The notes beneath the pieces were generated by a model. The model was not told the origin of the DNA. It searched no databases and saw nothing but the letters and a program-made list of their open reading frames with translations. This document shows positions 19,646-29,180 of a stretch of DNA of 60,919 bases, one piece after another; within the stretch, counting starts at the first letter, position 1; each line of letters opens with the position of its first letter. Origin of the DNA: Methanomicrobiales archaeon (GTDB taxonomy: Archaea; Halobacteriota; Methanomicrobia; Methanomicrobiales; Methanospirillaceae); the NCBI GenBank assembly GCA_037137755.1, contig JBAXJR010000010.1, positions 1-60,919 on the forward strand. The letters run 5' to 3'. The position numbers and the translations under genes are program-made.

Positions 19646-20482
19646 ATGGGTGGAATTATTCTGAAGAATGCAGGGCCTTTGTGCCAGCTCCAAGCCATTG
19701 ATCCCGGAGTTGTTGCCGGTGTTGACCTTGGATCAACCCGGATCAAGGTCGTAATCTATAACGGGACTGAATATATCGCAAGGATGCGGGACGCGACATG
19801 TGATCCGGAGAAAACCGCCCTGGCACTCCTCAGGGAGACCTGCACGGAGGCCGGGCTTGTTTCAATGCCAACGGTCATCGCAACTACGGGTTATGGGCGC
19901 CGATGCCTGAAGACCGCTACTCTCACCTTCACAGAAATTGCAACCCATGCAAAAGGTGCATTCAACCTGGTGCCAGGTTGCAGGTTCGTGGTGGACATCG
20001 GAGGGCAGGATGCCAAAGGTATCAGTCTTTCAGCCGATGGCAGTGTGGAGGATTTTGTAATGAACGACAAGTGTGCCGCCGGGACAGGAAGGTTCCTTTC
20101 GACCATGGGACTGGCACTCGGAATCCCCGTAGATAGTCTCGGTGCCAGCGCTACTGGTGGAGAACCACACCGGATCAACGCGATGTGTACTGTCTTTGCA
20201 GAATCTGAAGTGATTAGCCTGATCCACCAGGGAATACCCCGGAATGCAATCATCGCCGGTCTTCATGCCTCGGTTGCCCGCCGTACGGCATCGATGGTCG
20301 CATCTCTCCATCCGGTACCACCTATCGCCTTCACCGGAGGAGTATCGCAGAACGCGGATATTGTGCGGAGACTTTCAGGGGAACTTGGCCATCCCGTCAT
20401 CGTCCCCCATGACGCTATCTATGCCGGGGCATTTGGAGCGGCGCTTCTTGCATGGGAGCACCAGGAGAATATCCATAAATAG
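19646..20482 (+). CDS. ATP-dependent electron-transfer activase (HgdC/BadF/DCCP-R family)
   Basis: GVDLGST, TTGYGR, TEIATH, DIGGQDAK, MNDKCAAGTGRFL and CTVFAESEVIS. Confidence 0.93.
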   Translation: MGGIILKNAGPLCQLQAIDPGVVAGVDLGSTRIKVVIYNGTEYIARMRDATCDPEKTALALLRETCTEAGLVSMPTVIATTGYGRRCLKTATLTFTEIATHAKGAFNLVPGCRFVVDIGGQDAKGISLSADGSVEDFVMNDKCAAGTGRFLSTMGLALGIPVDSLGASATGGEPHRINAMCTVFAESEVISLIHQGIPRNAIIAGLHASVARRTASMVASLHPVPPIAFTGGVSQNADIVRRLSGELGHPVIVPHDAIYAGAFGAALLAWEHQENIHK

Positions 20483-20538
20483 AAAAAATAGCGTACTTTT
20501 CAATTCAGCCGGCCAGGATTGACAGAGGACAGGTCGTT

Positions 20539-20844
20539 CTAATTAAACCGGGTCGCCATCAGTGCATCCAGGTATTCGGACGAATAAGACTCTTTTTTCG
20601 GATCGTACCATACTTCGATCTCAATTTCCCCGGGTATGCAATGAATTTCAAGAAGACCATATTTATGAATGATATGTACCGCACCGGATGGCGTATCACG
20701 CGTATAAAGGTCTTCGTTTCCTAAAAATGCCTGGGCATCAGCACCTGATAGTGGACGGGAAAGCCGGTATAAGCGACGTTCCCAGCCTGGATACGGCGAA
20801 ACGGAGTTCTGGAAAACTGATGACATTATCATTATAGGTTTCAC
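20539..20844 (-). CDS. Hypothetical protein
   Basis: 101-aa ORF with a GTG start and GGAG RBS, downstream of the DCCP-like gene. Confidence 0.55.
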   Translation of the reverse strand: MKPIMIMSSVFQNSVSPYPGWERRLYRLSRPLSGADAQAFLGNEDLYTRDTPSGAVHIIHKYGLLEIHCIPGEIEIEVWYDPKKESYSSEYLDALMATRFN

Positions 20845-20892
20845 GACTCCAGCCGATAATACGATCGCTACTTTTCCCTGGCGAAAGAAGGA

Positions 20893-22044
20893 TTAGTGTT
20901 TTTTAGTCATCTCAAGGAATGCCTCAACCCGGGTCTTGATCTGGGCGTTATCTCCCTGAGAATAATCGGTCTCAACCTGGAGGAGTGGCACGTTCCCATG
21001 TTGGGAAAGATACTCCTTGAGCAGCCGGGACTCGACGTTGTAGGTATGACAGCCAACCCAGGTGATATCCACGACACCGTCTGCACGGTATTCCTTTGCG
21101 AGTTTTGCCAGCAGTTCAAGCCGGCCGGTGTTGGGGCTCATGCAGGAGCAGGGTGTGAGGAGGTACTTATCGGCAATTGCATCAAGGGGAGAACCGCTGG
21201 TTGCAACGTCATGCAGGTACTGTTTCATGCCGGCACAGTTTTCAAGGTATACCACATCCGCACCGGATTCCTCGATGATCTTAATAACTTTCTCTGAACC
21301 GATACCTGTGGGGACACCGGTGACGATGATCCGCTGGGCGGTCTTTCCTGAGGCCCCTTCACCCCTGGACTTCATCATTTTGAGCTCGGCAATCAGTTCT
21401 TTAACATGCTGGTTGAATTCGACCCGGTCGAAGACAAAGTTCCGTGCCCACATCACCTTAAGCAGGTCCTGGCCTGAAAGGGGCACCGGACTTGCGGTGT
21501 TCATGGATGCCAGTTCCCGCATAAGAGCCCGCTGGTCATTCAGGTCTCTGATTGCGGCCTTCATCATCTCATCGCTGATGGTAACACCGAGACGTTGTTC
21601 AATCTCCTTTTTGCAACGTGCTACTTCCGATCGCCAGTACTGTTTCTGGGACTCGCCCTTTGCACTCTGGGGGACTTCTAGGACGACCAGTGGTTTGAAC
21701 TTCTCCATGAGTTCAAACATCTTCTTCTTGCCATCGCAGGTGGTCTCACCGATGATAAATTCGGAGTTGTTGAAAAACGCACACTTTTCCGTGATAGCAA
21801 ACCCGTAGGAGGACTTGATCAACGGGCAGAAGTTACGGGGCAGGTATTTCTCCCCGTCTGCAATCGGTTCTTCCTTGGTGGCACAAAGAGTAACCGGCAC
21901 CGCACCGGCGGCTACGATAAGTTCCTGTGGTGCAAACACACAATAGAACCCAACGAACTTTTTTCCCTGGTCCCGGACATTCTTGATCGCTGCTGATGCA
22001 TTCGGTATTACCGAATCGAAATAGGTCATGTTTTCTGCTCTCAT
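20893..22044 (-). CDS. Double-cubane-cluster-type reductase (2-hydroxyacyl-CoA dehydratase/YjiM family)
   Basis: GFYCVFAPQELI, LC, LPRNFCPLIKSSYG, GETTCDGKKK, ENC, CSCMSPN, CHTYNVE and ETDYS. ATG 22044 has a GAGGA RBS. Confidence 0.88.
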   Translation of the reverse strand: MRAENMTYFDSVIPNASAAIKNVRDQGKKFVGFYCVFAPQELIVAAGAVPVTLCATKEEPIADGEKYLPRNFCPLIKSSYGFAITEKCAFFNNSEFIIGETTCDGKKKMFELMEKFKPLVVLEVPQSAKGESQKQYWRSEVARCKKEIEQRLGVTISDEMMKAAIRDLNDQRALMRELASMNTASPVPLSGQDLLKVMWARNFVFDRVEFNQHVKELIAELKMMKSRGEGASGKTAQRIIVTGVPTGIGSEKVIKIIEESGADVVYLENCAGMKQYLHDVATSGSPLDAIADKYLLTPCSCMSPNTGRLELLAKLAKEYRADGVVDITWVGCHTYNVESRLLKEYLSQHGNVPLLQVETDYSQGDNAQIKTRVEAFLEMTKKH

Positions 22045-22081
22045 GTTTTTTCCTCGTATAAAATCGTTGTTTGAAAAATCC

Positions 22082-22555
22082 TTACTGGTTCTCCGGGTAT
22101 GTACCTGTTTCCCGGAGAATGATCTTTGCGGCCTCTTCTGCGACTTCCCCGGTGAATCCAACACATTGAGAAACGTGTTCTGGGGATTTCAGTACCATGC
22201 CGTGGGTAAGAGTACGACAGCAGAGACAGCCGTGCTGGCGGGTGAAGAATGCGTGCAATTCCCGGGAAAGGGCAAGGCACCGGTCTATGCTGGGGTCACC
22301 AGGTACTTTACGCCCGAAAACCATCCCAAGCGCCATAACTCCCCCTGTAACGGCACCGCATGCACAACCTGCACTACCGATACCTATGGGAAATCCTGAT
22401 GCAAGACGGACGATTTCGTCTGGATAACCAAGCCCGAATTCGTCATTGATGGTCTTGACGATCGCTTCAGAACAGTAGAACTGTCCTGACTGGTAATATG
22501 ACTCGGCTATTTTCCGGACCCGGGCTGGATCCGGCTTTTCTGGCAACTTCTGCAT
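22082..22555 (-). CDS. C_GCAxxG_C_C-family putative redox protein
   Basis: FYCSEA...GIGSAGCACGAVTGG...CCRTL...QCV. Confidence 0.9.
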   Translation of the reverse strand: MQKLPEKPDPARVRKIAESYYQSGQFYCSEAIVKTINDEFGLGYPDEIVRLASGFPIGIGSAGCACGAVTGGVMALGMVFGRKVPGDPSIDRCLALSRELHAFFTRQHGCLCCRTLTHGMVLKSPEHVSQCVGFTGEVAEEAAKIILRETGTYPENQ

Positions 22556-22584
22556 GCAGGTACTCCTTATCCCGGATTTCTTCT

Positions 22585-23109
22585 CTACCGGACGAGCCGT
22601 ACGTCAGCCTTGAGCGGGATGGCATGCTTTATAGTAAACATACCCATACACCGTCCAAGGGCGTACTCCTTAAGGTCCTGTACCTGTGCATCGGTAACAT
22701 CGCCTGATACTTCCATAACTACACGGTATTCATTAATGAGAGGATTGTCCCCAAGATCGAACTGTTCGGTATAATCAAGGTCCGCCTCTACTTTGGTCTT
22801 CACGGACGTGAGCCGGATGTTCCGCAGCGATGCCTCGGTGACAAATGTGCTCGAGTAGCACGCGGCAAACCAGAAAAGACCGAATGCCATCGGCCCGGGG
22901 CAGATCCCGGGACCAGCAAAATTCGGGTGACTTGCCTCCATGCTATATGTTCTGTCTTTTACCTTGACGGTGGACCGGAACTGGGGTCCACCTTCCACAA
23001 AGAGCCAGTCCCCCTCAATCTTCGCGGTGAACCTTGCTTCATTTGGATCTTTTTTAATGACTTCTTTGTAGTCCCTGACCTGTTTGACATCGATGTTATT
23101 CAGACTCAT
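22585..23109 (-). CDS. OsmC-family protein
   Basis: P.PM...AACYSST and a second Cys in RCMG give OsmC/Ohr-like spacing. Confidence 0.75.
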   Translation of the reverse strand: MSLNNIDVKQVRDYKEVIKKDPNEARFTAKIEGDWLFVEGGPQFRSTVKVKDRTYSMEASHPNFAGPGICPGPMAFGLFWFAACYSSTFVTEASLRNIRLTSVKTKVEADLDYTEQFDLGDNPLINEYRVVMEVSGDVTDAQVQDLKEYALGRCMGMFTIKHAIPLKADVRLVR

Positions 23110-23297
23110 AAAGTTAACACTCCTTTAATCTTGCTAGTGAATGTAAATATATTTTATTAAATTAGTGCAGATAAGAGTAATAGTGTGATTAACATAGGGT
23201 TAAATGTGTTTACAAAAATAAAACAAAAATGATGTAAGGATCATCTCCGCACGTCCTATACTAGTACCTGAAAAATTCAATGATACAGAAGGTTACC

Positions 23298-24509
23298 ATG
23301 CCAAAAATCTCCCTCGGCCTGCAGGAAGCCCTACGTCTGACCCTGAAAGAAATAAAGCAGCTCCCCACTGAGAATGTTTCCCTGGTTGACAGCGTTGACC
23401 GTATAGCTGCTGCAGATCTCTATGCCCTCGTAGATTCCCCCACTATGGATTCTTCCCGGAAAGACGGGTATGCGGTTATAGCCCATGAAATTGCCGGTGC
23501 CACGGTTGAAAATCCCGTTCGGTTGCGGCTTCTGGGTTCTATGGCCGCGGGGGGAGAGAAAGATATACCGGTCACTCCTGGAACAACGGTGAGGGTATTG
23601 ACAGGAGCCCGCATCCCAACCGGCGCTGATGCGGTGCTGGCTGAAGAATACGTAAAATCGTGGGACTCGGAGATGCTGGCACAGAGCTTTGCCGAACCCA
23701 AGAATATTCTGAGGCGTGGTAGCGATGTGGCCCTGGGGAAATGCATCCTCCGGACAGGCCAACAAATATCGCCTATGATGGCCGGTCTCCTGGCTGCTGC
23801 AGGGCATAGCATTGTCCCGGTCTTTAGGAACCCAGTTGTGGGAATTATCGGTACCGGCGATGAAATCATCGAACCGGGTAAACCCCTTGCTGACGGAATG
23901 CTCTACGCAAGCAATATCACGACTCTGGCAGGATGGTGCACCCGGTATAAAATAAAGACCTGCATGGCCATTGTCAGGGATGATCAGGCAGCCCTCCTAC
24001 ATGCCATAAAGGACCTGGCCAATAAAACGGATGCCCTGATAACCAGCGGAGGGGCCTGGACCGGAGATCACGACCTGGTGGCTCGTGTCCTCGAAGAGCT
24101 CGGATGGCAGCAGGTGTTTCACCGCATCCGGATGGGACCCGGTAAGGCGGTCGGTTTTGGTTTAATGGTTAAAAAACCCGTATTCATCCTGGCTGGCGGA
24201 CCTTCTTCCAACCTGATGGGTTTCCTGCAGATCACGTTGCCAGGCCTCCGTGCCCTTTCCGGCCACCCTGACCCGGGCCTGCCCAGGATTACAGCAAGGC
24301 TCGCTTCCGGAATCGGGGAAGGTGAACCAGACTGGACGGATTTTTTCTTCGGTAACCTGGAATGGAATGATGGGTTACCGGATTTTTATCCTATGTCGAA
24401 ACGAAACAGCTTATCCTCACTGGCCGAAGCTACCGCAGTGGCTTGCATACCTGAAGGACAGGATTCTCTTCCGATGGGATCGATCATTTCTGTTCAATGG
24501 TTGAAATAG
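23298..24509 (+). CDS. moeA: Molybdopterin molybdotransferase MoeA
   Basis: SRKDGYA, LTGARIPTGADAV, GTGDEI, ITSGG and MGPGK. The start may be 23280. Confidence 0.93.
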   Translation: MPKISLGLQEALRLTLKEIKQLPTENVSLVDSVDRIAAADLYALVDSPTMDSSRKDGYAVIAHEIAGATVENPVRLRLLGSMAAGGEKDIPVTPGTTVRVLTGARIPTGADAVLAEEYVKSWDSEMLAQSFAEPKNILRRGSDVALGKCILRTGQQISPMMAGLLAAAGHSIVPVFRNPVVGIIGTGDEIIEPGKPLADGMLYASNITTLAGWCTRYKIKTCMAIVRDDQAALLHAIKDLANKTDALITSGGAWTGDHDLVARVLEELGWQQVFHRIRMGPGKAVGFGLMVKKPVFILAGGPSSNLMGFLQITLPGLRALSGHPDPGLPRITARLASGIGEGEPDWTDFFFGNLEWNDGLPDFYPMSKRNSLSSLAEATAVACIPEGQDSLPMGSIISVQWLK

Positions 24510-25003
24510 GGCATTCGTGGCTGATTTCAATGTAACCCGTAAAGAGTAAAAAAATTCAGGGATCCAACCTGGTGAATCAACCCTGATTGGCAGGTTTTTG
24601 CTAAATTGTAGAGTGTTGGAAAAAGAAGATTTTAGAAAATCTGTTGTTCGCTTAATTGGATTAACTAAGATGTAACTACAATGGTTTTTATTTACACACA
24701 ACTAATACTGTTGATTAAGATTTCCTGAATTGAAAGCGGAGCCAAATTTACGATGAAAGGGATGAGGGATATCGAATCCGTTAATAAGAAAAAAAGTATC
24801 ACCCGTTTTCAAGCGGCCCTTTTTCAGATTTATACCCCGGTCCGGTTATCAATACCCCGGATCCCGGGCATACGGACGATTTTTTTTATAATATACATTA
24901 AAGGACGACTGGTAACCTCAACCATGTCACCAGGAGAAAATCAGCGGGAGTTATCAGATAGATTCTCTGATTTGAAATCCGGGAGTTTTAGAGGTGTTGC
25001 CAC

Positions 25004-26917
25004 ATGGTAAAACGATATCTAAACCTGATCTCTCTTGAACGGGCGATCGATCTTACCCTTACATCATTTGAGAACCCTGACAAGAAAATTTCGATCCCCG
25101 TAATCAATTCTGCCGGGCGGGTTTCAGCTGCTCCTGTATATGCGAAATATTCCGTTCCTGAAGTGAATCTTTCCGCAATGGATGGATTTGCTGTCAGAAG
25201 CAGGGATACCGTGGGCGCAAGCGACCAGACACCGGTAACTATCGAGGATTTCACGCAGGTAAATACCGGTAATATCGTCCCTCCCGAGTTTGATGCGGTC
25301 ATTATGATCGAAGACACCTGGAATAAAGGAGATGGTTTTCAGATCAGGAAATCCGCATCACTCTGGCAGCATATCCGCCCTGCTGGTGAAGATGTCCGGG
25401 AAGGACAACTCGTGCTTCCCGAAGGACACCGGATCCGTCCGTTCGACATCGGTGCCCTGGCCACGTATGGTATTGTCCGTCTCGATGTCAGGGAGGTGAA
25501 TGTCGGGCTGGTACCAACAGGCAGTGAACTGGTTAATCTTGGCATCCGACCCGCACCCGGACAGGTTGTTGAAAGTAATACCATTATGGCAGAGGTTTTT
25601 CTCAGTGAAATGGGCGCGAACTGTACCCGGTATCCCATAGCCCGTGATAATCCAAAGATCATCGAAGAAAGCCTTTGTAAGGCGGTCGATGAAAACGATC
25701 TCGTGCTTATTTCTGCCGGATCATCTGCAGGTACCCGTGACTATACTGCTGAAGTCATCGAATCTGTGGGTGAACTGCTTTTCCATGGTGTTGCAATGAA
25801 ACCTGGAAAACCTGCCATGCTCGGGAAAATTGATGATAAACCCGTGATTGGGTTACCAGGGTATCCACTTGCAGCACAAACGGCACTCAGGGAATTTGCC
25901 GGACCCTTACTTGAATCATGGGGGTTACCCGCACCCCTCTATCACACATTCCGGGTGCAATTATCAGGGAGCCTGGTATCAGACCTCGGGTTTGACGAGT
26001 TCATCCCGGTTTCTGTCGGACATGTTGGGAATAAATTCTTCGCAATTCCCCATTCCCGTGGCTCAGGGATCCAGATGGCAACGGTCAAAGCCAATGGATT
26101 CGTCCATATACCTGCATTCACGGAAGGGTGTGATTCGGAAACCGAGATGGACGCAGTATTGACGACAGATCCGGGTAATATTGAACGGACGATCCTTCTT
26201 TCAGGGGCATACGACCCTGCACTTGATGAACTGGCGCATCTTGTCAGAGATAATGGTATCTTCATGCAGGTCAGGAGTGCAGGTAATATAGGGGCCGTAC
26301 TTTCCCTTCGGCACAATTCCTGCCATGCAGCGCCATTAAGTCTGCCTGATTTTTCGCTATTGCCTAATTGTAGGGAAATTATGCAATTACTACCATTGTC
26401 AGACCTGAGGTTTGTCCATATCGCAACAACCTCTCTCGGTATTGCATCATTGGAGGGGTACAGTTTCGAGGACCTTATTACTACGAGGTTCATTAACAGG
26501 CGGAAAGGGGCCTCGGCCCGGATGATATTTGACACAATTATCCAAGCCAGGGGAATTGATCCGGCACAAATTGATGGGTACGGGCATGAAGTAGAGACGC
26601 ATAAGGCAGTTGCTGAAGCTATTCGAAACGGGTTTGCTGATGCCGGAATATGCAGTTCCGGGGTTGCGGAGGAAAACGGACTTTTATTTGTTCCTCTCGT
26701 GGGCGAACAACTGGAACTGGCAATACGAACTGATCTCATGAAAGAACCAAATATATCGGCACTGGTCTCGACAATTCGGTCAAAATCCTTTAAATTATCC
26801 CTTGCAAATAAAGGAGGATATAATTTGTCACAAACCGGATTAATCCGGTGTCTTTCTGAAGACTTCTCTGTAAAAGAACACCACTCTCCTGAAAGTGCCA
26901 CTGAATCCTTATTTTGA
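25004..26917 (+). CDS. moeA: MoeA fused to a C-terminal periplasmic-binding-protein-like domain
   Basis: SAMDGFAV, NTGN, SAGSSAGTRDY, KPGKP and GLPGYP, then the PBP-like tail FINRRKGASAR...IDGY...THKAVA...ADAG. Confidence 0.92.
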   Translation: MVKRYLNLISLERAIDLTLTSFENPDKKISIPVINSAGRVSAAPVYAKYSVPEVNLSAMDGFAVRSRDTVGASDQTPVTIEDFTQVNTGNIVPPEFDAVIMIEDTWNKGDGFQIRKSASLWQHIRPAGEDVREGQLVLPEGHRIRPFDIGALATYGIVRLDVREVNVGLVPTGSELVNLGIRPAPGQVVESNTIMAEVFLSEMGANCTRYPIARDNPKIIEESLCKAVDENDLVLISAGSSAGTRDYTAEVIESVGELLFHGVAMKPGKPAMLGKIDDKPVIGLPGYPLAAQTALREFAGPLLESWGLPAPLYHTFRVQLSGSLVSDLGFDEFIPVSVGHVGNKFFAIPHSRGSGIQMATVKANGFVHIPAFTEGCDSETEMDAVLTTDPGNIERTILLSGAYDPALDELAHLVRDNGIFMQVRSAGNIGAVLSLRHNSCHAAPLSLPDFSLLPNCREIMQLLPLSDLRFVHIATTSLGIASLEGYSFEDLITTRFINRRKGASARMIFDTIIQARGIDPAQIDGYGHEVETHKAVAEAIRNGFADAGICSSGVAEENGLLFVPLVGEQLELAIRTDLMKEPNISALVSTIRSKSFKLSLANKGGYNLSQTGLIRCLSEDFSVKEHHSPESATESLF

Positions 26918-26973
26918 ATTGGAAATGAAGGATGCCTTTCATATTGCAATACCGGAGATTATTGCAATAAAAT

Positions 26974-27153
26974 TTAATCCGGGTTATCGAAACGCTCGAA
27001 GTAACATTCGCCGGAGGTCAGTTTTTCCCCAGGTTTCAGGTCAATAACGAACCTGTCGGCATGATCCAGGCATACATATACCGCACAGCACCCGTATCCC
27101 TGGTAACCGATGGCGTCTTTTTCACAGTACTCGCATTTCTTTTTTTCGACCAT
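26974..27153 (-). CDS. Small Cys-rich (putative Zn-binding) protein, 59 aa, missing from the ORF track
   Basis: Manual translation: MVEKKKCEYCEKDAIGYQGYGCCAVYVCLDHADRFVIDLKPGEKLTSGECYFERFDNPD*. Confidence 0.7.
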   Translation of the reverse strand: MVEKKKCEYCEKDAIGYQGYGCCAVYVCLDHADRFVIDLKPGEKLTSGECYFERFDNPD

Positions 27154-27229
27154 TGTAGTTCACTTCGGTAGATATTCAGTACTACTCGAAAAAAAAGAGC
27201 TGGTATTAATCCGGGTTTATCCCTGCACA

Positions 27230-27982
27230 TCAATCGGTCTTCGAGAACGATGACCAATGGATATCCTCCTGGATGTTGAACCGGCCGTTGGCCATGAGAT
27301 TCTTACCGATAGAGTTCACGTAACCGAGCTCAGTAGTCGTACCAATCCCGGCCAGGCTCCTCGAACCGAATCTCATCGATCCCATTCCCGAACCTGAACC
27401 AATAGCAGCGAAGGTAAACGTATCCGGGATCTCTAAATCCGCCTGGACAACAGACCCAACAGACCGATAGGTAAGATCATCAGCCATGAACAGCGATCTC
27501 GTGATCACCGTCTCACAATACGGTATTGCGGTGAAGTTCGCTCCGTATGCATCGAGCGATTCCACACCACACGTCACACCGGAAGCAGCAGCACCGGCAG
27601 AGTGGAGCATCATGCTCTCCTCGAAAAGTCCTGGCCCGGAAGACTGTGCCTGGCTTATCGTATCGAAGTGGACAATATCTGAATTGTTCAATATCTGCGA
27701 GCTCTCATACTGCGAAGGACCGGTGAGGATGTACCCGTCCTGGTATCCTCCACTCAGTACTTCCTGCCCGATGGCGAGCGGGGGTGTCTTCGCAAGGTCG
27801 CCGTTTGACACAGTCCACGATATATCAGACGAGCCGACGAGCGACTGGTCAGCGTTTCCCATGAAAGAAACACCAACCGCTGCAGCCTGGGCAGGGGCTG
27901 AGGTTATCGCCAGTCCTGCTACAATTGCTGCGAAAATACAGCCGCCGATGACTAATTTCCTCCTTTTCGTCAGGCGATTCAT
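27230..27982 (-). CDS. Secreted/surface hypothetical protein
   Basis: Basic N-terminus plus hydrophobic signal (KRRKLVIGGCIFAAIVAGLAITSAPAQA), Ser/Gly-rich beta character. ATGA overlap with the upstream gene. Confidence 0.8.
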   Translation of the reverse strand: MNRLTKRRKLVIGGCIFAAIVAGLAITSAPAQAAAVGVSFMGNADQSLVGSSDISWTVSNGDLAKTPPLAIGQEVLSGGYQDGYILTGPSQYESSQILNNSDIVHFDTISQAQSSGPGLFEESMMLHSAGAAASGVTCGVESLDAYGANFTAIPYCETVITRSLFMADDLTYRSVGSVVQADLEIPDTFTFAAIGSGSGMGSMRFGSRSLAGIGTTTELGYVNSIGKNLMANGRFNIQEDIHWSSFSKTD

Positions 27983-28371
27983 TTCGCCTCCGTCTTTCCC
28001 GAGCCCTTAATGAGCCCGTATTCAATGTCATACCAGGCAGACGGAACCGAGATAGTGTATGTGTCAAGTCTCTCAGCTTCAGCCTCGGCTACCTGCCGGA
28101 GCAGGCTTTCCCGTTCAACCGGTGAATGGTCAAACGTGAGCCAACGCTTCGTGCTGTCGGCCATCCTGTACGACCGGCCCTGCACCTCCGGTGGAGCGAC
28201 GCTGACCGAGTCGTCGGTCGCATCGAAGTAGCTCAGTACCTGTCCGGTCTTTTGCTGTGCCGCCTCTGTTTCAGCGATCGCGTTCGTTGCTCTCCGGTGC
28301 TGGATATACGCAAACCCGGCAGCGGCGAATGCAAAAAGCAATTCAATTACATTCGTTAATTCTGGATCCAT
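27979..28371 (-). CDS. Hypothetical protein with N-terminal TM helix
   Basis: VIELLFAFAAAGFAYI anchor. Overlaps both neighbours. Confidence 0.75.
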   Translation of the reverse strand: MDPELTNVIELLFAFAAAGFAYIQHRRATNAIAETEAAQQKTGQVLSYFDATDDSVSVAPPEVQGRSYRMADSTKRWLTFDHSPVERESLLRQVAEAEAERLDTYTISVPSAWYDIEYGLIKGSGKTEAK

Positions 28372-28522
28372 AATTTGCCTCTTTTAATTTCTGTTCCTCA
28401 CGGTGGGCCTCGAATTCTGCACAAAAAACCTCGTATTTTCCGATCTTCTCATAGATCACGAACAGCGAGGGATACAGCGGAAGCACTACCGCAAGAACAA
28501 TGACGAGAAGTTCAACATCCAT
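28343..28522 (-). CDS. Small single-TM protein (59 aa)
   Basis: MDVELLVIVLAVVLPLYPSLFVIYEKIGK... with a GAGGTGG RBS before ATG 28522. Confidence 0.65.
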   Translation of the reverse strand: MDVELLVIVLAVVLPLYPSLFVIYEKIGKYEVFCAEFEAHREEQKLKEANYGSRINECN

Positions 28523-28534
28523 CCTTACCACCTC

Positions 28535-28606
28535 AAAAATGCAGGGGTTTTTTGGATTGGTCCAAAGATAGAGAAGGGTTGGTCCTCTACCACCCCTGCC
28601 ATTTTT
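28535..28606 (-). other. Predicted three-way-junction RNA structure in an intergenic region
   Basis: Outer stem AAAAATG(G)CAGGGG/CCCCTGCATTTTT encloses the hairpins TAGAGGA-ccaaccc-TTCTCTA and TTGGA-ccaa-TCCAA. Confidence 0.45.
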
Positions 28607-28616
28607 CACACCCTGT

Positions 28617-29123
28617 TTATGCAAGGGCGGGCTTCGTGTTCGCCCAGGTGTTCACGCGGGCGACAATCGCATTGTCCTCGTACGAGGAAACGGTGATAGT
28701 CTTCCTGGCAAACGTGACGGTATAGTCTTCGCCGTTCGCATCGTGACAATTCAGCGAGATGGAATACCCTTCGCCTTCAGTGTCCTGGATGGGGTCCCCT
28801 CCGATTGCGGTCGCAAGTGCGGCATTTCCGACGAGTGCGGTTGAAGCTGCGGTATAGCCGGCAACGGTTGATGCCTTTGCAGTTGCCGTACCCATGTTCT
28901 TCAGGGTTGTCGGGTTCTCATAGACCACACGGATGCCGAATGACTGTGTTGCACGGCTTGTCCCGGGGTGAGTCTCACCGGCAACAACGTGGTCCACACA
29001 CTGGAATGCGTTCGTATCGATAACTCCCTGGACAAGGGTGTTCAGTGTCGCTACATCAGCAATTTTGGTCGTAATGGTACGGACCGATCGCTTTACATTT
29101 GCCTTCTGGACAAAATCTGACAT
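28617..29123 (-). CDS. Hypothetical Thr/Ala/Val-rich protein, first gene of the element's left operon
   Basis: 168 aa from ATG 29123 (MSDFVQKANVK...) with a GGAGAG RBS. Confidence 0.8.
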   Translation of the reverse strand: MSDFVQKANVKRSVRTITTKIADVATLNTLVQGVIDTNAFQCVDHVVAGETHPGTSRATQSFGIRVVYENPTTLKNMGTATAKASTVAGYTAASTALVGNAALATAIGGDPIQDTEGEGYSISLNCHDANGEDYTVTFARKTITVSSYEDNAIVARVNTWANTKPALA

Positions 29124-29180
29124 TTCTTTTCTCTCCTGCCCAAAATCTTTGGGCGTATGGCTGTACACGGAGAACTAAGA

